Of a DNA stretch of 64,000 nt, positions 52,201 through 64,000 are shown in pieces. The stretch is from Octopus vulgaris. Taxonomy: Eukaryota. The stretch covers positions 175,088,001 through 175,152,000 of the forward strand of contig OX597816.1 in NCBI GenBank assembly GCA_951406725.2, in the 5' to 3' direction. The notes below the pieces were generated by a model. That model had not been told where the DNA came from. It made no database searches and saw only the letters and a program-made list of their open reading frames with translations. The position numbers and the translations under genes are program-made. Position 1 is the first letter of the stretch; every line of letters begins with the position of its first letter.

Positions 52201-52494
52201 ATATATATATATATATATTAATAAAATTAATCAATTTCACCTAGTAGATTTATCGGTATGGAAAAGACCATATTTGGTAAGGGTTATAATAATTAAAATT
52301 AAGGGTTAAATGCAACAAGTTGCTCAAAACCACATAGCGAAAATATTTTCTGCCGTTTTTGCCATATACAGCTTACAAATTATGTTTGTTTGTGGAGACT
52401 TTTTATTAGTAGAGGAAATAGTGATCAATTTTGACTGCTATTTCTAATATTTTCGGTATGTAGTTTTGAGCAACTTGTTGCATTTAACCCTTAA

Positions 52495-52556
<62 letters not shown>

Positions 52557-52988
52557 ACATACATGTATTAATCTTCTGTTATATCTATTTCCTACCTGTA
52601 TATTGGAAAACCAATCTAATGTACCTGTACATGTTAAAATGAAGAGAGAGGTCAAAGGAAAAGGTGAGTAAAGAAGGAAAGAAAGAGGAAGAGAAAATGA
52701 AAACAAGAAGAGCAAGTGAAAAAAGGTGTGAGTTGGTGGTCATGATATTATGAGAGGGGTGTGGGAGAGGAGTAGGGGAGGGGTAGGAAGAGATAAGAAT
52801 GTAAGTAATGAATATGTGTGAGGTGGGGTGATATGTTAGAATGGCATTAAGGGATGAGTACATGTGTGTGTGTATGCATTATTATATAGGCCTGCGTACT
52901 TGTGTATTTAAATCCATATTTATTTTATTTTTATTTTATTTTATCTAGTTTCAGCTCACGAGCTGTGGCCATGCTTGGGCACCGCTAT

Positions 52989-53019
<31 letters not shown>

Positions 53020-53040
53020 CTCATATACATATACATGAAC

Positions 53041-53120
<80 letters not shown>

Positions 53121-53161
53121 TAAAACCTACATACATTGGAATAATAATAATAATAATAATG

Positions 53162-53201
<40 letters not shown>

Positions 53202-53204
53202 TAA

Positions 53205-53776
53205 AACCTACATACATTGGAAGCTATGCCAACATTATGGAATAACAACAGAAAAAAGATGGTATAGGCACACACCAGAAAAGGTCACAGAAAACGAGAA
53301 AGCAACCATACTCTGGGATATGCCGATACACACAGATAGAGAAATTAAGGCCAACAGACCAGATATAGTTGTCAGAGATCATGAAGAAAAAAATGCTTTT
53401 TAATTGATGTATCAATACCGGCAGATGACAACGTGTCTCTAAAAGAAATGGAGAAACTCTCAAAATACAAAGACCTGGAAATAGAGGTAACTAGAATGTG
53501 GAATCTGAAAACAGAAACAATTCCTATCATAGTAGGTGCATTAGGTATGATAAAAAAATATTCAGACAAATACATAACAAAAACACCAGGACTTACAAAC
53601 ACATATAACATACAGAAAATTGCACTACTAGGCACTGCTCACATCCTACGCAGAACACTTTCCATACAATAACCATCAGAGCATCACAACAAATCACAGC
53701 ACATACCCAAGGCACACAGAGCTGCGCTCGGTAGTGAAGTGAAAGCACGCTATAAAAATAAAAATAAAACTACTGA
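53205..53776 (+). mobile_element. Dong/R4-type LINE 3' end in an (AAT)n array
   Basis: YIHWKLCQHY...ILWDMPIHTD...NRPDIVV; LIDVSIP; KLSKYKDL; IQKIALLGTAHILRR; long (AAT)n on both sides. Confidence 0.9.
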
Positions 53777-53815
53777 ATAATAATAATAATAATAATAATG
53801 ATAATAATAATAATG

Positions 53816-53854
<39 letters not shown>

Positions 53855-53901
53855 TCGAAAAATACATTAGGAATGAGAACCCAGGTTTGAAATTTCCCCA
53901 A

Positions 53902-53947
53902 GACACCTGAAGAAGGCTGGAGGGTATATCAGCTGAAACATTGTGTT
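53902..53947 (+). ncRNA. Minimal hammerhead motif lacking a stem III loop
   Basis: gacac-CTGAAGA-a-ggctg-(loop)-cagct-GAAAC-ATT-gtgtt, within a short ORF-less repeat at about 53852-53998. Confidence 0.65.
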
Positions 53948-54903
53948 AATAACAAACAAGATGAGGACAAATATCCGTCGAATGTAAATAATGTACATAT
54001 ACACCTATATACATATATGCACATATCCATGCATACACATACATATATAAACATACATATACATATATATATGCACACACATGCATACCCATGAATACAT
54101 GCATATATGCATACACATGCACACATACATGCACATGTATAAACACATACATGCACATATATAAACATATACAAGTGCACATACATCTGCATACGTATGC
54201 ATATGCATGCCCATATGTGTAGCATTAAATAATTAAAATAAGATTGGAGAGTTAAAAAATTAATGGAAAGTCAAATAGGGTTGTTGAGGATTACCTAAGT
54301 GGTGTTCAGGATATATGCTGTGTGATTATTTAGGTTGCATTTAGAATTGTGGTAAAATTTGAAGGTATGTAAAAACTGGTGGTTGCATGCACCTAGGGCC
54401 TCATTATATTTATTTAGTAGTATTGAAGATTTGTGTTTTAATATGTGGAATGTCTCCTTTAAGCATAACCTACACGCTGAGTGTTGGCCTTGGTATGGAA
54501 GCCTTGAATCTATCATGGACAAGATGTAGGGAATATTTCTATTTTGAGATGATGTGTGTGACAGGTAAGTGTTGTGGATTTACTGCGTTTCTTGTATCTA
54601 AAAGAATTGAGATGCACAGCATATCGTTGTTTAAAATTTATAGTTGATCCCATATATATGGTTGTAGAATCGTGTAACGTGTTGAGGACGGTGTGTTTAT
54701 AAATTACTTTAGACCTTCTGCAATGGATCTGTAGAGGGCAGATGGTTCCAGGATGGCAGTGACATGGTTGTGCATTGTGGGGATTATTCTCAGGAATGGC
54801 GGGGGTAATACTGTCAGAGGAGAGGTTAGAGATGGGGGTAGATTGGTCTCTGTTATTAACATTATTATAACTATTTCTAAAACTGTTGTTTATCCTATCT
54901 GTG

Positions 54904-55285
54904 GGAAGCACTCCGTCGGTTACGACGACGAGGGTTCCGGTTGATCCGAATCAACGGAACAGCCTGCTCGTGAAATTAACGTGTAAGTGGCTGAGCACTC
55001 CACAGACACGTGTACCCTTAACGTAGTTCTCGGGGATATTCAGCGTGACACAGAGAGTGACAAGCCCGGTCCTTTGAAATACAGGTACAACAGAAACAGG
55101 AAGTAAGAGTGAGAGAAAGTTGTGGTGAAAGAGTTCAGCAGGGATCACCACCATCCCTGCCGGAGCCTCGTGGAGCTTTAGGTGTTTTCGCTCAATAAAC
55201 ACTCACAACACCCGGTCTGGGCATCGAAACCGCGATCCTATGACCGCGAGTCCGCTGCCCCAACCACTGGGCCATTGCGCCTCCA
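54904..55285 (-). mobile_element. SINE family D with 11-bp TSD
   Basis: A/B boxes; atcctatctgt at 54892-54902 and 55287-55297. Confidence 0.88.
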
Positions 55286-55328
55286 CATCCTATCTGTAAT
55301 AGTGGTGGAAGTTGTAGTAGTATTCTGG

Positions 55329-57565
55329 TTAGAGTTAGTGGGATTGGTAGGGTTTCTGTTGTTGTCTGAAGTATAGGGTTCGATATTGGAGCTATGTATA
55401 TGTTCGGTGCTTGTGTATTCAGAGTTGTTACAATGTAGGTTTTGATAATAGAGAGATAGTTTTCGTTTATGATAGATCCAAAATTGAGTAGGATAGCTTC
55501 AAGGTAGATCTATTAAAGATAGAGTAATATTTATGTCAACGAGGAAAGTTGGAGTCCAGTATATTAAACAAGGATTTAGCTAAGTTTTTAATGTTCAGTG
55601 AGAAGTGGGGTGTATACCATAGAATAGAGCATCCACCACTTTTTTTGGTTGCTTAAAGGTAGTGCTATCTATAGGCGGCGAGCTGGCAGAAACGTTAGCA
55701 CGCCGGGCGAAATGTGTAGCCATATTTCGTCTGACGTTACGTTCAGAGTTCAAATTCTGCCGAGGTCGACTTTGCCTTTCATCCTTTTGGGGTTGATAAA
55801 TTAAGTACCAGTTACGCATTGGGGTCGATGTAATCGACTTAATACCTATGTCTGTCCTTGTTTGTCCCCTCTGTCTTTAGCCCCCTGTGGGTAATAAAGA
55901 AATAGGTAGTGCTATCTATATTTTTAGAAATTAGAGTGGGGTAATATGTCTCATTATTGTTAGCTGCGTTAGCTTTTGACCTAGTGTTATATGAGTGCAT
56001 GTGGGGTCTAAGTTGTCTTAATCTGGGTTCTCCCGGGGTTCTAGTATAGTGTATGTGTGATCTGTTGTGATTCTGATGGCTGGCATGTTATTGTGATATG
56101 ATTTGAGATATATGTTGCTTGAGCCTAGTATTAGGGATGTATTTTATTTGTTGGGAGAAGCCGCAGGCAGAAAGTGCTTGGTTGTAATATGGGGTGTGGT
56201 TATTGATTATTTTATCAGTGGATGAGAGGTCAGACATACAAATTGAGATACCCTTAACTACAGGGGGTGGACAAAATAATGGAAATGCCTAGCATCATAT
56301 CATAATTTTGAAATATCTATAAAACCATCAAAAGCTTGTTTATTCTTATGTTTTTTTATTTATTATTAGCGTTGCTTAATGTTTTGATAAAATTGATGTT
56401 TCTTTTCAGATATCATCAGAAAAAGGTAAATTTAAATTCATTAAAATTAGAGTTAGTGGGATTGGTAGGGTTTCTGTTGTTGTCTGAAGTATAGGGTTCG
56501 ATATTGGAGCTATGTATATGTTCGGTGCTTGTGTATTCAGAGTTGTTACAATGTAGGTTTTGATAATAGAGAGATAGTTTTCGTTTATGATAGATCCAAA
56601 ATTGAGTAGGATAGCTTCAAGGTAGATCTATTAAAGATAGAGTAATATTTATGTCAACGAGGAAAGTTGGAGTCCAGTATATTAAACAAGGATTTAGCTA
56701 AGTTTTTAATGTTCAGTGAGAAGTGGGGTGTATACCATAGAATAGAGCATCCACCACTTTTTTTGGTTGCTTAAAGGTAGTGCTATCTATAGGCGGCGAG
56801 CTGGCAGAAACGTTAGCACGCCGGGCGAAATGTGTAGCCATATTTCGTCTGACGTTACGTTCAGAGTTCAAATTCTGCCGAGGTTGACTTTGCCTTTCAT
56901 CCTTTTGGGGTTGATAAATTAAGTACCAGTTACGCATTGGGGTCGATGTAATCGACTTAATACCTATGTCTGTCCTTGTTTGTCCCCTCTGTCTTTAGCC
57001 CCCTGTGGGTAATAAAGAAATAGGTAGTGCTATCTATATTTTTAGAAATTAGAGTGGGGTAATATGTCTCATTATTGTTAGCTGCGTTAGCTTTTGACCT
57101 AGTGTTATATGAGTGCATGTGGGGTCTAAGTTGTCTTAATCTGGGTTCTCCCGGGGTTCTAGTATAGTGTATGTGTGATCTGTTGTGATTCTGATGGCTG
57201 GCATGTTATTGTGATATGATTTGAGATATATGTTGCTTGAGCCTAGTATTAGGGATGTATTTTATTTGTTGGGAGAAGCCGCAGGCAGAAAGTGCTTGGT
57301 TGTAATATGGGGTGTGGTTATTGATTATTTTATCAGTGGATGAGAGGTCAGACATACAAATTGAGATACCCTTAACTACAGGGGGTGGACAAAATAATGG
57401 AAATGCCTAGCATCATATCATAATTTTGAAATATCTATAAAACCATCAAAAGCTTGTTTATTCTTATGTTTTTTTTATTTATTATTAGCGTTGCTTAATG
57501 TTTTGATAAAATTGATGTTTCTTTTCAGATATCATCAGAAAAAGGTAAATTTAAATTCATTAAAA
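55329..57565. repeat. Near-perfect 1118-bp tandem duplication
   Basis: 55329-56446 is repeated at 56447-57565; one substitution and one poly-T indel seen. Confidence 0.92.
55674..55903 (+). mobile_element. SINE family C with 17-bp TSD (duplicated at 56792-57021)
   Basis: aggtagtgctatctata at 55657-55673 and 55904-55920. Confidence 0.88.
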
Positions 57566-58528
57566 TGACAGATCTATCAGACTTTCAAAGAGGTCAAATT
57601 GTTGGTGCTAGCATAAAGAAAACAACCAAAATGAAAGAAAACTCCGGAAGAAAACCAGAACTTTCAGATAGGGATCTTCAGTTTCTTACACGAGGTGTTA
57701 GAAAGGATCACAAAAGTACAGCTTCCAAAACTATTGCAGAAGTTAATGACCACCACAAGAACCCACTTTCCACAGAAACTGTTCACCGGGAGCTGCACAA
57801 AGCTGGATTTCATGGGAGGGTTACAATCAGAAAACCACTACTTTCAAAAACAAACGTTGCAAAGCGTTTAGAGTGGAATAAAAACCTACAAAATTGGTCT
57901 CTAGAGTAGTGGGAAAATGGTATTTTCTTCGATGAGTCATCCTTTACTTTATTTCCAACCAGCGGCCAAGTATACGTGTGGAGATAGCCAAAAGAAGCAT
58001 CAGGCCAGAGTGCCTTCTTTCAACTGTTAAACATGGGGGAGAATCTGTGATGATCTGGGGGGGCTATATCTTGGAAATTCACTGGCCCAATGGTTTCCCA
58101 TCATAGTAGAATTAATAGTCAAGACTATTCAAGAATTTTATCTGATCAAATTCATACTATGGTTGTGGAACTGTTTCTGGAGGGAAACACAATCTTTCAG
58201 GATGTTAATGCACTAATTCACACAGCTAAAGTTGTTACTGAATGGCACAAGGAACATTATAGTGAAGTTGAACATCTTATATGGCTACCACAATCCCCAG
58301 ATCTCAATATTATTGAACATTTATGGTGCATTTTAGAAAAACAAGTAAAGAGTCAATATCCTCCACCATCATCACTACAAGAACTGGAGACTGTTTTAGC
58401 TGAAGAATGGACAGAAATTTCTTTGGAAACAATTCAAGCTGTAATTACTGCCAAAGGTGGTCCTACTCCATATTAAAATAAATTTGTTTGAAATTTTAAA
58501 GGATTTCCATTATTTTATCCAACTCTTG
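57379..58528 (+). mobile_element. Tc1-like DD36E transposon, second decayed copy (orphan left end at 56261-56446)
   Basis: TA|cagggggtggacaaaataatggaaat...atttccattattttatccaactcttg|TA; transposase fragments homologous to 6937-8123. Confidence 0.92.
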
Positions 58529-58804
58529 TATATTATGCATGCATTTAGGTTTAAATACACAAGTATGTAGATCTCTATAATAATGCATACACATATATGT
58601 ACATGTGTGCGTGCCTATATCTATATACACTTCTTTCTTTCTCTCTGATTCCTCTACCCACTCTATCACATTAGCTAGTAGAATAAACACATAAATCTAT
58701 TTATAGAAACTGAACCATTCTTAGTATTCTTCTGTTTTGTGATTTACTACTCACTTTAGAAACCCCTCCTCCTTTTCTGTACCCATCCCTTAATGCCATT
58801 CTAA

Positions 58805-59856
58805 TGTTACGGACCACCTGGTGCCGTCGCTCGGTCGATCAGCGAATCCTCGCCACGGAAACTCGGAGAGGAGAGGAGAGATACAATGACAACAGCAGCA
58901 GCACAGAGATACAGAGGCAACCGAGAGAGACACAAAACGGCAAGGCAACAACTGGCTTACATTTAACACTAGTTTATGACAATCAATTGTTACACATCAA
59001 ATACATTTAAAGGAAACAACAAATCAATACATCATACGGGTATACCACAGATCAAAGCATTTAAACATGCAGGTAACAATATAACAGTCCAGAGACAACA
59101 GTTCTATTTCACATCACTTCAACAGATAACGTTCACAGTTCTTTAAAGACTTTTTCTATTTTCTTTTGTAACATGTATCAACACAATTCTGAACATAAAT
59201 ACCACAACTCGATAATCGACACATCGACATCATTTCACTGTCTCATTTCTTTTCACTGTCTCTTTACATCGTGACACGTATCAATACATAATCAAATACC
59301 TTAATTCCTAATTGAATAGCCAGTGTCCCATATTGCACTTCATCTCTCTCTGTACCGCCAACTCCAGCTTGCCAAGCTCCTGAATCCCAAACGCTTGCTC
59401 CTAAGGTTCCAACTACTCGCTTTGACGACCAAAATCCGACTGTCCTCTTTGACGACCGAATACCAACTGTCTCTCTATCACTACCCCTCAATCTGTCTCT
59501 ACTGCTCATACCCTCACCATCTGCTCTCAGCCCTAACTGCCTATCTCTATCCTCAATCTGTCTCTTAGCCTTATACTCTCTCTATCCCGCCTGGTCCTAA
59601 TGTCCCTATCTTTATCGGCGCTGCTGCTGTCATCCTCTCTATCTGCTCTCAGATTCCTTACTCTATCTCTCTCACGACTTTCCTCTTCCTCGGCCCTCAC
59701 ATCTCTCTAACCCCCAATCGACCGCACAAGGCCAAAAGGTCCCTCCAAAAAGCCATTACTCTTCCAGTAAACAAAGGGCTGTTGCTTTTCTTCCAGACGT
59801 GTCGGCGCCACTCCCAAAAGTGGGTCAAGAAATACTGCACTAGCCAAACCATAACA
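58805..59856. mobile_element. Solo LTR (~1.05 kb)
   Basis: TGTTA...TAACA termini, 4-bp TSD CTAA (58801-58804 / 59857-59860), GC-richer than flanks, no ORF. Confidence 0.7.
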
Positions 59857-60401
59857 CTAACATATCACCCCACCTCATACATATTCATTACTTACATTCT
59901 TATCTTTCCCTACCCCTCCCTCGTCCTCTCCCACACCCCTCTCATAATATCATGACCACCAACTCACACTCCTTTTTTCACTTTCTCTTCCTCTTCCTTT
60001 TCTCACTTTTTCATTTGACCTCTCTCTTCATTTTAATATATCCATCTCTTCTCCTATCTCTATCCACTTAATACTGCCACTACATTCTCAAAATTTAATT
60101 CACACCACAAGACCCCATTTGAATGAACAGCACATGGAATCTATATTTCCACGCTTTCCATTTGTGATGACAAAATATGAACTATTGGAATTTACATACC
60201 ATGGACAGGAAGCATTTCTATCACTTCTATACACCACTTTCCTTGGTTCATGGAACTGCAACTATAACATCTTCATATATTTTTATTTTTATTCCTACAT
60301 TCATTCTCCTATTTCCCTGCACACTCCTTATTTGCTTCCTTTTCCAAAACAATTCCTCATATTGAACTCTAATATTTCCCTCTATTTAACCATCTCACAT
60401 C

Positions 60402-60449
60402 ATCTCTGGTGAAGGGATATCCCTAATAACCCAGAAACAGCTGTAAGAC
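60402..60449 (+). ncRNA. Hammerhead motif with a core substitution
   Basis: tct-CTGGTGA-agggatat..ataaccca-GAAAC-agct-GTA-aga. A truncated relative at about 3125-3140 (-) reads gtct-CTGATGA-agggatat. Confidence 0.65.
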
Positions 60450-60667
60450 TAACTTTCTCTTTATAAATGTCCTGAAAATTCCTCACAGCCTTTTCTCGTT
60501 TTATTTAACATATACATGCTCATACAAGATCCACATTAGACTCCTCACTTGTATCATTATCGAACCAAGAGTTTAACTACGGTCCTTCCATAGCACATAC
60601 ATAGCGTTACCCGCCACCTTGGGTCTTCTGGATACCTCTCATACATATATATATATATATATATACA

Positions 60668-61849
60668 CTAGCAGTATAGCCCAGCTTTGCTTGGGATTAA
60701 GTTTGGATTATTAAGCTAATCAACCTCTTTATTTCAAACCAAACTAAGTAACATTGGCATTAAATTTGAGCGAAATCCGTTGAAATTGGTGAACTTTTGG
60801 CTGAAAATGAGTTGCAGACAATTTGATTGGGAAATCCCATAAGGAATCGGTTTATCGATTTTTTCTACTCAGCAATTGTTTCTTTTTTTTTCGTTTTTGG
60901 AGAACTTAAAGCATTCAAAGATCCCATGAGTTGTAAGTAATGCTGGCATCAAGTTTGAACAAAATGCATCAAAATTGGTAAAAGTTATGGTTGAAAATGG
61001 GGTGTAGCCAATTTTATTGGGAAATCCTATAAGGAATCAGTTTATCAATTTTTCTTTTATCCTGATTAAATGAAAAACCCCATAAGGAATCAGTTTATTG
61101 ATTTTTCACCCCAAATAGGACTTAACTGAACACAACATTGCTGATTCAAAAACATCTATATTTATACTTTAAAGTTGGTTTTCATACCCAACCCAGTTCT
61201 GCAGAATCAGTGTCGTGATGGGAGCACATGGGTTGGGAGTTTGATCGGCAGAGGTGATCAGGTTGCATATGCCAACCCTTTTGAAAACACCACCCCCATC
61301 ATGTAACCCCCCTTTGCCCATGGGTTGGGAACCCTTCCAGCAAGGAAAATAGAACACCCAAAAGGGCCCCTGATCCTCTATGTGAGAAGCGGTTATGTTC
61401 AGATCACAACTAAGTATATATATATGGGCAACACACACACATACACACAAACATATATGTACATACACCTATTGCATACATGTTTTTTGTACGCCCTTGC
61501 CCCTGTCCCACCACCACCCCCTACCCAAGTAATACCATCAATTGAAGCAAATTTGGCACTCAGACGTAAGTTTTGTAAGAGGAATAGAGAGGGCTACCTT
61601 CCCCCACAGAGATGTGAGAGTCAGATCTCTCCTTTCGAAAACACAAACAGTTTTGAAACATTTTTTACAAAATAATAGCTGATCATTTGTGAAGGAGCAT
61701 GTCTACAGTCAACACTTGGGGTTCTTGTTCTGGTAACTTCTGCTCTCTCCCATATTCATGCACGACCAGCTATTTGTCACTATGAGTAGAGCAACGGATT
61801 CAGCTAATTTGGAAATAAGTTGTGGAGAAACGGAGAATATTGCTTATAA

Positions 61850-61903
<54 letters not shown>

Positions 61904-62230
61904 TTGGTGAATTGAAGAAATGGAGCTGAACGAAGATTGAACAGAAATCGTTTTATTTCATTCTACACGTGTTTCGAAAGGCACAATTTACCAAAATCCG
62001 ATTGAATAATGAGACCATATTGTGTCTTTCTCTTCTGTTCAATCTTCGTTCAGCTCCATTTCTTCAATTCACCAATAATATTAAAATTCAATTATCCGCA
62101 CCAACGCACGGTTGCAACACCATATGGTTGTACCTCCAACTGTGCTGTCTTCTGCTGTGATTTTTGCTACCAAGGTATCGGTTAAACTTTTGATTAATCT
62201 GCTACAAGATTATTCATCTTTCTATTTCAC

Positions 62231-62265
<35 letters not shown>

Positions 62266-62721
62266 GGGCAACACACACACACATTGCATACATGTGTTTT
62301 ATACGCATACATGTTCGTGTGTATGTATGTGTGTATGACTGAAGCCATTCACACATACATACATAACAACTGTCTGTCTGTTTTTGCCTGTCAATCACTC
62401 ACTAAAAAGATGAAATTTAAAAAATTTCTCTCTCTCTCTCTCTTTCTCCCTCTCTTTACACCATCGCCAAAAGGGGACTTAACTCATATTTACAAATGAT
62501 GGTGTATTTCTCCAATTTGAAAATTGTTAGAAGTTATGGTTCAAAATTATTTTTACCACTATTCGCTGGTGCGTTGGGGAAAATTAATTTGATGAAAATA
62601 CAGCTAGGGTCGTGACAAATGTCCTCCTAAAATTTGAGTAACATGCGTGCTAATTTGTGGATGTGCATAGACTACATTCACGTACACACACACACACATC
62701 CTGCTTTTTATATATACAGAT
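60668..62721 (-). mobile_element. Larger non-autonomous Helitron with internal subrepeats and a nested Penelope-like insert
   Basis: 3' hairpin plus CTAG at about 60668-60696; 5' TCTGTATATATAAAAAG near 62720; three copies of aatcccataaggaatcrgtttatcgattttt; (TA)n-bounded insert at about 61860-62263. Confidence 0.55.
61959..62035 (-). ncRNA. 5'-truncated hammerhead motif with long stem II
   Basis: GAAGA-gaaagacacaat...attgtgcctttc-GAAAC-acgt-GTA-gaatg. The 5' end is replaced by an inversion (61897-61946 vs 62033-62082). Confidence 0.6.
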
Positions 62722-63213
62722 ATATATATATATCAATTGCTGTTAGGGTCACAGTATTTTGTTTTGCAACCATAGTATACTACCAAGTATATTACAGTTT
62801 TATAAGTTAATACTGGTCCTATTTTGTGTTAGCAGTGCATTGTTTTTTTTAAGTATAACTCTACAGATTTTCTATAGTGCAAGTACTGAAATGTAATAAC
62901 TTTCAGTGCTGGCTCAAAATTCTATAAAAAATCTGTAGAGATAAACTTAAAATATGTATGTATATATGGAAGTATGGATGGATGCATGCATGTATATAGG
63001 CACAGGTGTAGCAGTATGGAGGGGCAGACACGGCTACTTGGAGGTGCTGGCATGGCTGTTGTGGTAAGACGTTTGCTTTCCAAACACATGGTTCCTGGTT
63101 CACACACACATCTCAAAAATGGGACAGTCACATAGGGCAATTCAGAGCATCCAAACAAATCGCCAATTTCTCTTCAAAAAGTAATGATGATAACATTGCA
63201 GAATCTTGCTTAC

Positions 63214-63249
63214 CCATTTATTTATTAGGGACTTCCTTTCTTCAAATAA
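63214..63249 (-). CDS. FBXO16: FBXO16-like 36-nt micro-exon (LFEERKSLINKW)
   Basis: Poly-T/AG acceptor and GTAAG donor. Matches recalled FBXO16 VFEERRALLGKW and joins in frame to FEKW of the next exon across a 24-kb intron. Confidence 0.85.
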
Positions 63250-63892
63250 CTAAAAAAAAAAAGTTAAAAAATATTCAAATCACACATGAATTTTTAATAT
63301 ACATGATCAACAAAATATAATTTATCTAAAGAATACAAAAAACTACAATTCTGTAATTCATAACAAAATACATCAAATGAAAGAAGTAATGTGCCAGTGA
63401 TACAATAAAAGGCATCCAGTTCATGCTGTTAGGAGGTTGATGATAGCAAGGGCTACCAGCTGTAAAAACTATGTAAAAATAAAGAATGAACAGAGCAGAA
63501 GTGGACTTTACAAGTCCTGTACAAACAACCTAAAAAATGCAAACAATGATAATAGAGAAGGAAAAGTATATGTTAAGTTCTAAGAGATATTGCAAGTCAA
63601 TAAAAAAAGCTAGATGAGTTAATAAGATGACAGAATCTTAAACACTGTATTGTATGCTTCACTCATGACTCAGTCTCCTTAGATATGCTGCAGAACACAT
63701 ACCATGCAACAAAGATTGTTTTTAAGCTACAGTTCCAGGGATCATAGACTTATGAGTATAAATGTTCCAGCTAAGACCATTCTACTTTTTAGAGTTTATT
63801 TTAGGATTTATATCATTAACTTTCAGAACATGAGATTAAAATAGAACAAAATTACAGATGTTGTAGTCTCTCAGCAATTCAGGAAGGCCATA

Positions 63893-64000
63893 TCTTTATA
63901 TATAAAAGTGAGGTTGTGTGCTGTCTGTCTCCTACGATTTAGATTCCTAACTACTCCCACATTTTGCGGTGCAGTTTAACCATAGTCGTGATTCATGTTG
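63893..64000 (+). mobile_element. 5' end of a non-autonomous Helitron (family of 50938)
   Basis: TCTTTATATATAAAAGTGAGGTTGTGTG...ctactcccacattttgcggtgcagtttaacc. Confidence 0.7.

Larger units (their letters stand above)
54290..56258 (-). mobile_element. Decayed Naiad-type Penelope fragment with nested SINEs
   Basis: CHC....CPL...C....VIYK...YMGST.NFKQRY..H..SFR; ACRLCLKE..HILK...LLNKYNE. Confidence 0.65.

Overview
AT-rich, microsatellite-dense animal genomic DNA. The SINE, Penelope, Dong/R4, RTE, Tc1 and Helitron repeat content suggests an octopus genome, but that is inference. One host gene spans most of the window on the minus strand: an FBXO16-like F-box gene with six short GT-AG, phase-consistent exons (63214-63249, 38826-39032, 30363-30527, 28400-28581, then probably 16190-16304 and terminal 13610-13666). 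Its first coding exon lies outside the window. A possible terminal exon of a convergent + strand gene sits at 322-383. The rest is nested, mostly decayed mobile DNA: four SINE families, one open CR1/L2-group LINE ORF2 (824 aa), Tx1, RTE and Dong/R4 fragments, Penelope-like elements (including Naiad-type), two Tc1 families (one DD36E), Helitrons and a solo LTR. The most interesting signal is invisible in the ORF track: about 11 type-I hammerhead ribozyme motifs from about 7 sequence families. They lie in Penelope-type inverted repeats and in ORF-less elements inserted at (TA)n, and several have unusually long stem II helices or variant cores. All calls were made by eye, with no alignments or database searches.
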